DNA of 64,000 nucleotides. Source: an uncultured bacterium (GTDB lineage Bacteria; Chlamydiota; Chlamydiia; Chlamydiales; SM23-39). The first letter of the stretch is position 1. Each line of letters begins with the position of its first letter. The position numbers and the translations under genes are program-made. Below, one piece after another: positions 45,802-53,670 of the stretch. Location of the stretch: positions 5,009 to 69,008 of the forward strand of contig CAYRJU010000005.1 of the NCBI GenBank assembly GCA_964424735.1. Reading direction: 5' to 3'. The notes under the pieces are model-generated. The model saw nothing but the letters and a program-made list of their open reading frames with translations, made no database searches and was not told the DNA's origin.

Positions 45802-46830
45802 TTAAAGCCTCGTCGATTTTGGGGAAAGAAGAGAAACAATGGAAGCCAAATCCGGCATGATTTGATCGGGATGACTCAACGTAACGGGAGAGAGCTTAGG
45901 AGAATAGACGAGAAAATGGTCGATCGCCTTGGATTGAAAGACGAGCGGAGAAATATTGGTAGGATAGGGAGAATAGAGGGAAAAAGGAGAGTCGTTGGAA
46001 AAAGCCCCTTTCATCGCATCGGACATTTCTAGTTCGTTAAAATTCATATCCCCCATAGCAAGCGTCGTGATGTTTGGGTCAAAACTACTCTGTAAATACT
46101 GCGCAAATTCAAAACGGCCCGGTTTGGTTGGATCGCCCGGCAAGTGAACGTTGATGAGGCGCATTTTTTGTCCGTTGTCTAGACGGCGGATTTGGATGTC
46201 TTGAAAGGTTCTATAAAGAGCCTCTGAAAAGATGCCAGACACCTCTTTGGCCTCCACTACTTCAAAACGGCGCTTGTCCAAGATCACCGCATCCCCCTGA
46301 CACGAAATCACTTCGAGTTGAGCGGGGAGCCTAGCGCGGAGCTCCTCTAAGAAAGGCTTGCCGCACTCTTGTAAAGAGAGGATACTGCGCGGATGAGTCG
46401 GATGCAAGAGCATTTCGAGAACCAAATCGACCACGTGTCTATCTCGGATCGTGAGTTTAGAATCCCCAATATATACATGCTCATCGGCAATGAGAGAGCG
46501 GCTAAGGCCTTGGGAATTTTTTTCAGTCACCCAGTTCATGTATTCGCCATCCAGCACATTCCAGGAGGCCAAATGGAGATCTTCAAAGGTCATACCAATG
46601 GGTAAATGGTCCGAAGGAAACTGCCATTTTTCCTGCAGCTCTCCGACGTAGGTTCCCATGGGCTGTAGCGCAGGCGCTACTTCGAGTTGGTGCTTCATTC
46701 TGCGTGAGAGCGCACGCTGAGAAGAGGTGATCTCCTGAGCCGGCTGAGAGGGGGAGGGGGTAGCAGATAGAGAAATCGGCAGAGAAAGGAGGGATAGGGC
46801 GAGCATTGCAGAGATTTTTTGATCCGACAT
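45802..46830 (-). CDS. Secreted endonuclease/exonuclease/phosphatase (EEP) family protein
   Basis: Signal peptide MSDQKISAMLALSLLSLPISLSA. EEP motifs WNVL, SLQE, NVHL, GDMNF and IDH. ATG 46830 is preceded by GGAGA; the track start at 46887 is TTG. Confidence 0.7.
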   Translation of the reverse strand: MSDQKISAMLALSLLSLPISLSATPSPSQPAQEITSSQRALSRRMKHQLEVAPALQPMGTYVGELQEKWQFPSDHLPIGMTFEDLHLASWNVLDGEYMNWVTEKNSQGLSRSLIADEHVYIGDSKLTIRDRHVVDLVLEMLLHPTHPRSILSLQECGKPFLEELRARLPAQLEVISCQGDAVILDKRRFEVVEAKEVSGIFSEALYRTFQDIQIRRLDNGQKMRLINVHLPGDPTKPGRFEFAQYLQSSFDPNITTLAMGDMNFNELEMSDAMKGAFSNDSPFSLYSPYPTNISPLVFQSKAIDHFLVYSPKLSPVTLSHPDQIMPDLASIVSLLSPKSTRL

Positions 46831-46924
46831 ATAAGAAATTCTCCAAAGTAAATGAAATAGGATATATTTTTTTCTGTTTAATTTCAACTTGTTAAAATAA
46901 ATTTGTTTCTGTATGTGAAAGATT

Positions 46925-48148
46925 ATGAATCATTCTCTTTTTAAACATGGCGGTCTGAGGAATTTCATTCCGGTTGTGTTTGCCTATACGATGGATCTTC
47001 TGGGCTATTCCATTGTATTTCCCATTCTCGCCCCCCTTCTCTTGAACCCTCAGCTTGCCTTTTTCTCTCCCACTGCCTCGGAAATTGTCCGGACCAGTTT
47101 TCTCGGCATGCTCTTTGCTGTCTTCGGTCTTGCCCAATTCATTGCAGCGCCTCTCATTGGAACAGCTGCCGATCGATGGGGAAGAAAAGCTCTCTTTCTC
47201 TTCACAATCGGAGTGAGCGTCCTGGGATATGCCTGCATGTGTTTGGGGGTTTATCAAGAAAGTCTTTGGATCCTCATCTTGGGACGCGTGATCACCGGTT
47301 TTTCCTCTGGCAACATCAGCATCGCGCAGTCGGCAACGGCTGATATGACCGACCCGGAAAATAGGGGAAAGGCGTTTAGTCTTCTCATGGGGATCGGCTC
47401 TTTTGGCTTTATTGGGGGGCCTGTCATTGGGGGAATGCTTGCCTCTATTTCTGGGGCCGCCTCTTTTCTCTTTGCGGCTCTTGCGGCGCTTCTCAATTTT
47501 CTCATCATCTGGATCTTTTTCCACGAAACCTGGAAAAAGCCCTCCGCTCTCCACGAACACTCTTATTGGGACGCCCTCAAAGATATCGCTCTTCTCTTCA
47601 GGCAGAAAGAGGTCAGCTGGTATCTCATCTCTTTTCTCTTTCTTCTTCTCGGTTGGGGTTTTTTCCTCACCTTTTTCCCGACCTACTTAACACAGCGCTT
47701 TCAATGGGGCCCTTCTCAGATTGGCAACCTCTATGCCTACATGACTCTTTTTTGGTTTCTCGGAGCCACCTTCATCAATCCCGCGCTCCTCAAGAGATTT
47801 CATGCAGACGCAATCATCCGCATTGGACTCCCCGTTGCAGCTCTAGGAATTGCCCTTCTCATGGTCCCGCAGACCGATTGGCCGATCTGGCTCGTTTCTA
47901 CGGTCATGCCTATTGGAGGTTCGTGTGCTTGGATTGATCTCACCGCGCTCATCTCGACGCACAGTCCATCTGGGCTCCAAGGAAGAGCCCTCGGCGTGAC
48001 CGCCTCGCTCTGGTCGCTGGCTCAAACGGTGTCTCCACTCGCGGCAGGCCCCATGGCAGGCCTGAATGAGCACATTCCGCTCATGTTGGGATCGAGTCTT
48101 GTCTTCTTGTCTTTTCTGCTCTTTCTCTTCAGTCGAAAAACTGCTTGA
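46925..48148 (+). CDS. MFS transporter (drug/H+ antiporter-like)
   Basis: 12 TM segments and motif A GTAADRWGRK. Confidence 0.85.
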   Translation: MNHSLFKHGGLRNFIPVVFAYTMDLLGYSIVFPILAPLLLNPQLAFFSPTASEIVRTSFLGMLFAVFGLAQFIAAPLIGTAADRWGRKALFLFTIGVSVLGYACMCLGVYQESLWILILGRVITGFSSGNISIAQSATADMTDPENRGKAFSLLMGIGSFGFIGGPVIGGMLASISGAASFLFAALAALLNFLIIWIFFHETWKKPSALHEHSYWDALKDIALLFRQKEVSWYLISFLFLLLGWGFFLTFFPTYLTQRFQWGPSQIGNLYAYMTLFWFLGATFINPALLKRFHADAIIRIGLPVAALGIALLMVPQTDWPIWLVSTVMPIGGSCAWIDLTALISTHSPSGLQGRALGVTASLWSLAQTVSPLAAGPMAGLNEHIPLMLGSSLVFLSFLLFLFSRKTA

Positions 48149-48161
48149 ATCCTACTCGAAA

Positions 48162-48286
48162 CCTGCCGCGAGCGTAAGCGAAGCAATCCTGCAGGCCTCG
48201 CGTCAGCGGGCCGTATCCTGTTTAAAAATATAAGGGAACAGGATCGGCTGACGCCGGCAGGATCGCTCGCTCGCGCTCGCGGCAGG
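48162..48286. repeat. GC-rich imperfect palindrome between the MFS gene and tRNA-Leu
   Basis: Arms 48162-48222 and 48238-48286. The perfect end pair is CCTGCCGCGAGCG / CGCTCGCGGCAGG. The loop is TAAAAATATAAGGG. Confidence 0.75.
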
Positions 48287-48295
48287 ATAAGAAAT

Positions 48296-48379
48296 TGCGG
48301 CCAAAAGGAGTTGAACCTTCACCGAGTTGCCCCGACTAGAACCTGAATCTAGCGCGTCTGCCAGTTCCGCCATGGCCGC
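48296..48379 (-). tRNA. tRNA-Leu (anticodon CAG)
   Basis: Manual fold: acceptor GCGGCCA/TGGCCGC, anticodon stem CTAGA/TCTAG with loop TTCAGGT, long variable arm. Confidence 0.9.
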
Positions 48380-48472
48380 AAAAATGGCTCTCATTATAAG
48401 TTCATGGAGGATTCTTTGTCATTTGGAAAAAAATCTGTGAGATGAGTAGACTGGGTGTAAAAGAGGTGTAGA

Positions 48473-48793
48473 ATGGCAGAAATGATTAAACATTTTAGTG
48501 ACAAAGATTTCCATGAGCAAACGAAGAAAGGGGTGGTCCTTGTCGACTTTCACGCAAACTGGTGCGGTCCCTGCCGGACTTTAGCCCCCGTGCTAGAACA
48601 GGTGGCAAAAGATGTTCATGGTAAAGCGGTCATTGGCAAAATCGATATCGACAATGAGCAAAAAACAGCTGCCCAATTTCAGATCACCTCTGTCCCAACC
48701 ATGATTCTCTTCAAAAATGGCAAAGAAGTGGGACGTCTCGTCGGTTTGCGAACAGCAGATGCAGTGAAAGAATTCATCCACTCGGCAATGTGA
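48473..48793 (+). CDS. trxA: Thioredoxin
   Basis: WCGPC active site; 106 aa. Confidence 0.95.
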   Translation: MAEMIKHFSDKDFHEQTKKGVVLVDFHANWCGPCRTLAPVLEQVAKDVHGKAVIGKIDIDNEQKTAAQFQITSVPTMILFKNGKEVGRLVGLRTADAVKEFIHSAM

Positions 48794-49008
48794 CGCAAGT
48801 TATTGGACTCACTCTTCTCCTCATGATCGCTGCCGGTTTGGCCATCCATGCCGGCGTTCAATTTCCATGGTATTTCGAGTGGTTTGGCACGCTGCCCGGA
48901 GACATCATCATCAAAAAGGACAGTTTGACCCTTTATTTGCCCGTAACCTCATCGCTCATCATCAGCGTCGCCCTTTCGATTTTCTTATCCCTTTTTTCTA
49001 AACGGTAA
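48790..49008 (+). CDS. Small membrane protein (DUF2905-like)
   Basis: LPGDIIIKKDSLTLYLPVTSSLIISV pattern. Its GTG start overlaps the trxA stop. Confidence 0.55.
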   Translation: MTQVIGLTLLLMIAAGLAIHAGVQFPWYFEWFGTLPGDIIIKKDSLTLYLPVTSSLIISVALSIFLSLFSKR

Positions 49009-49441
49009 TTTGTCTAAGAGCTTCAAAGAGGACGACTCCGACACTCGTTGCCAAATTGAGACACCGCGCTTTTGGCAACATCGGAATGGTGAAAAATCTG
49101 TCTGGCCACTTCTCAAAATAATGAGGAGGAAGGCCCGAAGTTTCAGAGCCAAAAATGAGAAGACAGTTCGGGGTGTAAGGAGCTTTTGTGTAATGAGTGG
49201 GAACTTTGCTCGAAAAAAAGAAGAAAGGGTCGGTTGTCTTTTCTAAATAGGCATCGAGATCCTCGATTTCTTCCACTTTCACCCCTTCCCAATAGTCGAG
49301 CCCTGCCCGTTTCAGATGGCGGCTCTGCGTGCTAAACCCGAGTGGATGTACGAGAATCAGATCCGTTCCAGTGACAGAACAGGTGCGGACAACGTTCCCC
49401 GTATTTTGCGGAATCTGGGGTTGGAAGAGGATGATCTTCAT
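48998..49441 (-). CDS. trmL: SpoU-family tRNA 2'-O-methyltransferase (TrmL-like)
   Basis: NTGNVVRTC and LIFGSETSGLP motifs; 147 aa. Confidence 0.85.
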   Translation of the reverse strand: MKIILFQPQIPQNTGNVVRTCSVTGTDLILVHPLGFSTQSRHLKRAGLDYWEGVKVEEIEDLDAYLEKTTDPFFFFSSKVPTHYTKAPYTPNCLLIFGSETSGLPPHYFEKWPDRFFTIPMLPKARCLNLATSVGVVLFEALRQITV

Positions 49442-49752
49442 TCGGACAGATTTTGCACTTGATCGCCATTGGAAATGGCATCGGCTCGTTCAAGCGTCTG
49501 TTCAGAGAGAGTGGTCATTTTCTCTTCTTGTAGGAGAGCAATCGCTTGGACGCATTCATCTTCGTTGAGCGGCGAAGTTTTTCCTTCCGATTCTTCCTGA
49601 AGCCCTTTGACAATGGCGTTGAGATCGAGATCTAGGCCGAGAGAATCGAGATTTTTCCCGATGATGTGCCCCATCGCCTCGGAGATTTTAGCCACATCCT
49701 CTTTTTGTGAGGCGAAGATGACTAAGGGGATGAGAATGAACTTTTTAAACAT
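49438..49752 (-). CDS. Mip/FKBP N-terminal-domain-only protein
   Basis: Signal peptide followed by ISEAMGHIIGKNLDSLGLDLDLNAIVKGLQEESEGK, which resembles the FKBP_N dimerisation domain. There is no PPIase domain; the stop overlaps the trmL start. Confidence 0.55.
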   Translation of the reverse strand: MFKKFILIPLVIFASQKEDVAKISEAMGHIIGKNLDSLGLDLDLNAIVKGLQEESEGKTSPLNEDECVQAIALLQEEKMTTLSEQTLERADAISNGDQVQNLSE

Positions 49753-51022
49753 GAGAAAACTCCTTCAGAAAATCCTCAATGCGGATCTCTCTTTGTTCGC
49801 GCGTTTGCAAATCTTTGAGTTGCAGCGTTCCTTGAGCGAGTTCTTGGCTGCCAAGAATGGCGCAAAACTTTGCCTCGGCGCGGATTGCATTTTGAATGGC
49901 AGCTTGCATTTTGCGGCCACTCAGCTCAATGTCTGCCCCGATACCTTTGTGACGGCACTGGGTGGCTAAGGCGAGGCATTTTGCCTTTGCTTCCTCACCC
50001 ATGGGAATGAAGTAGACAAGGGGTCTACAGGCGGGAGGAAGGGAGATTTTTTGAGCAGAGAGAACTTGCAAGACCCGCTCAAGCCCTGTTGCCCAGCCAA
50101 CGGAAGGTAAATCGGGCCCCCCGAGAGTTTTGATGAGTCCATCGTATCTACCGCCAGCTCCGATGGTGTTTTGAGCGCCCAGCTCTCCTGCTAGCACTTC
50201 AAAAACCGTCTTGTTGTAGTAATCGAGTCCTCGCACAATTTTATCGTCCACGACATAGGGGATGTTGAGCTCTTTCAAATATCCACACACAGCTTCAAAG
50301 TGCTGTTTTGCTTCTGGGGTCAAATAATTCAGGATGGAGGGCGCTTTTTTCACGAGCTCTTTATCCTGCGGATCTTTGGAATCGAGAATGCGTAGCGGGT
50401 TTTTCTCAAAGCGGATTTTGCTCTCTTCGGAAAGCTCGGCAAAGTGGGGTTTTAGGTAATTTAAAAGAGCCGTTTTAAAATGGGTTCTCGACTCTATATC
50501 TCCGACCGTATTGATGTGCACTTTGAGATTTTTAAGACCGAGTCGATGATAGAATTCGATGAGGAGATCGATGACCTCTGCATCTTGTTCAGGGCCCCCG
50601 TTGCCAATGGCTTCTACCCCAAATTGATGGTGTTGACGATATCGTCCAGATTGGGGTCTCTCATAGCGAAACATGGGGCCTGTGTAGAAGAATTTATGCA
50701 CCGCTCCCAAATTCGCTAAATTGTGCTCGAGAAATGAACGCATGACGGCAGCAGTCCCTTCGGGTCGCAAAGTGATCCATCTGCCTCCTTTATCCTGAAA
50801 AGTGAACATCTCTTTCGAGACAATATCGGAAGTTTCGCCAATTCCCCGATCAAAAAGAGAGGTCATCTCATAAAGCGGAGTGCGGATTTCTCGATAGCCA
50901 TAATCACAACTGATTTTGCGGAGAACTCCCTCTACAAATTGCCAAAAATCGACAATCTGCCAAGGCTCTTCGCAGCCATAAGGGAGAATGTCAAAGGTTC
51001 CTTTCTGCATCTGGTATTGCAT
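49745..51022 (-). CDS. hisS: Histidine--tRNA ligase
   Basis: KGTFDILP, class II motifs (FRYERPQSGRYRQHHQ, GAGGRYDGL). I prefer the start at MQYQMQKG; the upstream extension overlaps the neighbouring gene. Confidence 0.9.
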   Translation of the reverse strand: MQYQMQKGTFDILPYGCEEPWQIVDFWQFVEGVLRKISCDYGYREIRTPLYEMTSLFDRGIGETSDIVSKEMFTFQDKGGRWITLRPEGTAAVMRSFLEHNLANLGAVHKFFYTGPMFRYERPQSGRYRQHHQFGVEAIGNGGPEQDAEVIDLLIEFYHRLGLKNLKVHINTVGDIESRTHFKTALLNYLKPHFAELSEESKIRFEKNPLRILDSKDPQDKELVKKAPSILNYLTPEAKQHFEAVCGYLKELNIPYVVDDKIVRGLDYYNKTVFEVLAGELGAQNTIGAGGRYDGLIKTLGGPDLPSVGWATGLERVLQVLSAQKISLPPACRPLVYFIPMGEEAKAKCLALATQCRHKGIGADIELSGRKMQAAIQNAIRAEAKFCAILGSQELAQGTLQLKDLQTREQREIRIEDFLKEFSHV

Positions 51023-51045
51023 AGGAAGAGATTCTATTCTCTTGC

Positions 51046-51618
51046 TTATTTTCGCTGCAAGAGGCGTATTGCGTCTTCGAGAAGACGTGTCCATTCGGTG
51101 AGACTGCTCGTGCTCGGGCTTTTCTCGTGTTCCCGATGGAGCTTTTGCACGAGTTCCATATAGGGAAAGGGAATCCATTTTTGTCCCGCATATTCTGTGA
51201 GATAATAACCAAATGTATGGACTTGGTTCTCGGGGTAGTGAAGGATTTTTTTAACAAAAATTTTGAAGATGAGGCTAGCCTCTTCTTTGAAGGCGAGGCT
51301 TTCCTCAAGAGCCTGGTTCCAGCTCTTTGAGAGATCGTTGAGAAAATGAACGTCTTGGCTCCGGTCTTCGGCTTTGAGAAGATCTAAGAAGGATTTGAGG
51401 GTGTTGAGGGAGGTCTCTTTGGAGCTGTTTTCTGTCTTGCCAAAACGCTCTAAGAGGGCATTTAAAGCCCTTTGCATGGCTTGAAGAAGATAGCCGATGA
51501 TTCCCTTGTTATCTGGGGGTTCGTTTGGGGGGCCTTCTGGGCCCGATTGCCGACTGCCTGAACCTTCAGCTCGGTAGCCGAAAGGATCGGGAATGCCTCC
51601 CACAGGGTTTTGACTCAT
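51046..51618 (-). CDS. Hypothetical protein with a Gly/Pro-rich N-terminus (190 aa)
   Basis: Intact ATG ORF between hisS and uhpC. No recognisable domain. Confidence 0.5.
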   Translation of the reverse strand: MSQNPVGGIPDPFGYRAEGSGSRQSGPEGPPNEPPDNKGIIGYLLQAMQRALNALLERFGKTENSSKETSLNTLKSFLDLLKAEDRSQDVHFLNDLSKSWNQALEESLAFKEEASLIFKIFVKKILHYPENQVHTFGYYLTEYAGQKWIPFPYMELVQKLHREHEKSPSTSSLTEWTRLLEDAIRLLQRK

Positions 51619-51648
51619 AATTTGTATTATAGAAAGAAAGACTTTTTG

Positions 51649-51676
51649 TTGACAGAACGGACTTGAGCAGTATACC
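51649..51676 (+). promoter_or_regulatory. Sigma-70-like promoter candidate for uhpC
   Basis: TTGACA (51649-51654), a 16-nt spacer, then TATACC (51671-51676). Confidence 0.35.
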
Positions 51677-51719
51677 CTTTTTGGTTTGTACGAATGGCAT
51701 AAAAACCCCTGGAGGCCTC

Positions 51720-53054
51720 GTGTCCGTACTCGATATTTTTAGACCCGCTCCCCCCGTTGACGAGATTCAAGATCCAGAACTGGTAAAAAAAAATTATAAG
51801 TATTGGCGCCTCCGTACCTTTTACGCCATGTGGGTAGGCTATGCTTTTTTCTATTTCACGAGAAAGAGTTTTACCTACGCCATGCCCGTCATGCAAGTTG
51901 AGCTAGGCCTCAGCAAATTTGAGCTCGGGCTTCTCGGAAGCATTCTCTACATCACTTATGGCGCTAGTAAATTTTTGAGCGGTATTTTGGGGGATAGGTC
52001 CAATCCGCGCTATTTCATGTCCATCGGTCTCATCCTCACCGGTATCTTCAACTGCTTTTTCGGCATGTCTTCGATGTTTTGGGCTTTTGCCGTATTTTGG
52101 GGACTCAATGGAGTGTTTCAGGGTTGGGGATGGCCAGGTTGTGCAAAATTACTCACTCACTGGTATTCGCAATCGGAAAGAGGAAGATGGTGGAGTGTTT
52201 GGAACACGTCCCACAATATTGGAGGCTCTCTCATCCCCCTCTTGGTAGCAGCTTGTGCAGAATATCTCGGCTGGCGCTTCAGCATGTATATCCCGGGTTT
52301 GATCTGTATCTTGGCTGGATTTTTCATCATGAACCGCCTGCGCGACACTCCTCAATCTTTGGGACTGCCCCCAGTGGAAAAGTTCCGCAACGACTATTCT
52401 GCCAAAACAGGCTCCAAAGAAAAAACCAACCTCTCTACCAAAGAAATTCTCTTTGAATATGTCATCAAAAATAAATACATCTGGATCTTAGCCGTTGCCT
52501 ATTTTCTCATTTATGTGATCCGGACAGCTGTCAACGACTGGAGCATGGTCTATTTCATCGAGGTAAAAAATTATTCTCTGAAGCAGGCGGGTGTCTGTCT
52601 GTTTTGGTTTGAATGGGGAGGCCTTGCGGGAAGTTTGGCTGCAGGCTGGGCGTCTGATTTGATTTTTAACGGAAAGAGAAATCCCATCAACATTCTCTTC
52701 ACGGTTGCCATTCTTCTCTTGATCTTCGCTTTCAAATCGTTTAGCGCGACCTCTGTTTGGATCGATTCGGTCTTTATTTTCCTCTTTGGATTTTTTATCT
52801 TTGGTCCTCAGATGCTCATCGGAATGGCGGCCGCGGAACTCTCGCACAAAAATGCGACGGCTACAGCGACCGGTTTTGTCGGCTGTTTTGCCTATCTTGG
52901 AGCAGCTGTTGCAGGGGGACCCCTTGGCGCAATTACGCAGAAGTATGGATGGGATGTCTATCTCACCACTCTTTTCATTTGCGGTCTTCTCGGCGCCCTC
53001 ATCATGCTTCCTCTTTGGTCAGTAAAAACCAATCCCAAAGAAGCCCTCGTCTAA
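51720..53054 (+). CDS. uhpC: Hexose-phosphate transporter UhpC (MFS organophosphate:Pi antiporter)
   Basis: IFRPAP...YKYWRLRTFYAMWVGYAFFYFTRKSF N-terminus typical of UhpC/UhpT. GTG 51720 is preceded by GGAGG. The track TTG start at 51663 lies inside the promoter candidate. Confidence 0.85.
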   Translation: MSVLDIFRPAPPVDEIQDPELVKKNYKYWRLRTFYAMWVGYAFFYFTRKSFTYAMPVMQVELGLSKFELGLLGSILYITYGASKFLSGILGDRSNPRYFMSIGLILTGIFNCFFGMSSMFWAFAVFWGLNGVFQGWGWPGCAKLLTHWYSQSERGRWWSVWNTSHNIGGSLIPLLVAACAEYLGWRFSMYIPGLICILAGFFIMNRLRDTPQSLGLPPVEKFRNDYSAKTGSKEKTNLSTKEILFEYVIKNKYIWILAVAYFLIYVIRTAVNDWSMVYFIEVKNYSLKQAGVCLFWFEWGGLAGSLAAGWASDLIFNGKRNPINILFTVAILLLIFAFKSFSATSVWIDSVFIFLFGFFIFGPQMLIGMAAAELSHKNATATATGFVGCFAYLGAAVAGGPLGAITQKYGWDVYLTTLFICGLLGALIMLPLWSVKTNPKEALV

Positions 53055-53086
53055 CACATTAAATAAGACTAGTTCGAGGAGATATT

Positions 53087-53605
53087 GACGTCGGGCATGC
53101 TTCATTATCATTCCGCCCCCGCGCCCAGGTGACCGGATTCCGGCTGTGATCACCAGTCGCGTTTGAAACGTTCCTTATCGCGTCTGCGTGCTCCGCGACC
53201 TAGAGGTCAGCTCCGCCGTTTTTATACGACGCGATTGCTCTTTGCCGGTCGCGATATCCTCCGGATCTCGCTAACCGGTCAATGGCTGCGCTCAGGTTCC
53301 CCATTTCATGGGGGCCCCTCCGAGCGCAGAGTGGGCCGCGCGGCAAAGGCCTAGCGCGGCTTCGTGTTACCGCGCACGGAGTTGCGCGGTTCCCTGCACC
53401 CGGAGGGGACCCCACAACGTGGGGAACCTGGGTGCAGCCAATATCCGGTCACCTGGGCGCGGGGCTGCGGAATCGAGGAAAAGGTCCTTGAATGGACCTT
53501 TTTCTCGCGGAGCAGATGAGCGAAGCGAATACGCCCGATTGGACGAGCTGCTTTGCGGCTCGCCTGAGGGGGAGCGACTTCAGGTCGCGTAACATGCCCG
53601 ACGTC
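53087..53605. repeat. 519-bp GC-rich hairpin-dense element with perfect 13-bp terminal inverted repeats
   Basis: Termini are GACGTCGGGCATG (53087-53099) and CATGCCCGACGTC (53593-53605). A perfect 22-bp inner inverted repeat pairs 53117-53138 with 53443-53464. There are at least 5 perfect local hairpins. ORFs in every frame are Arg/Pro/Gly-rich. Confidence 0.8.
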
Positions 53606-53670
53606 CATATTTATTTGGATTCGTTTTATGCATTATTTTTTTATCCATTATTTTGTATACTCCCGAGAAT

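Noticed and set aside
48203-48394. 63-aa minus-strand ORF.
   Set aside because: It coincides with tRNA-Leu(CAG) and the adjacent GC-rich palindrome, so it is not a protein gene.
53087-53605. Possibility that the GC-rich element is RNase P RNA, tmRNA, SRP RNA or 6S RNA.
   Set aside because: I found no GGAAAGTCCGGGC-type P4 sequence. GAGGAAAAGGTCC is part of a simple hairpin. I also found no tRNA-like 3' end with a T-loop or CCA, no resume-codon or tag ORF, and no SRP GGAA tetraloop context. This was only an eye check, and cmscan is still needed.
53163-53608. Five overlapping 63-94-aa ORFs on both strands inside the GC-rich element.
   Set aside because: All are Arg/Pro/Gly/Ala-rich and mutually overlapping, and they coincide with perfect hairpins. 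They are better explained as open frames in GC-rich non-coding DNA.
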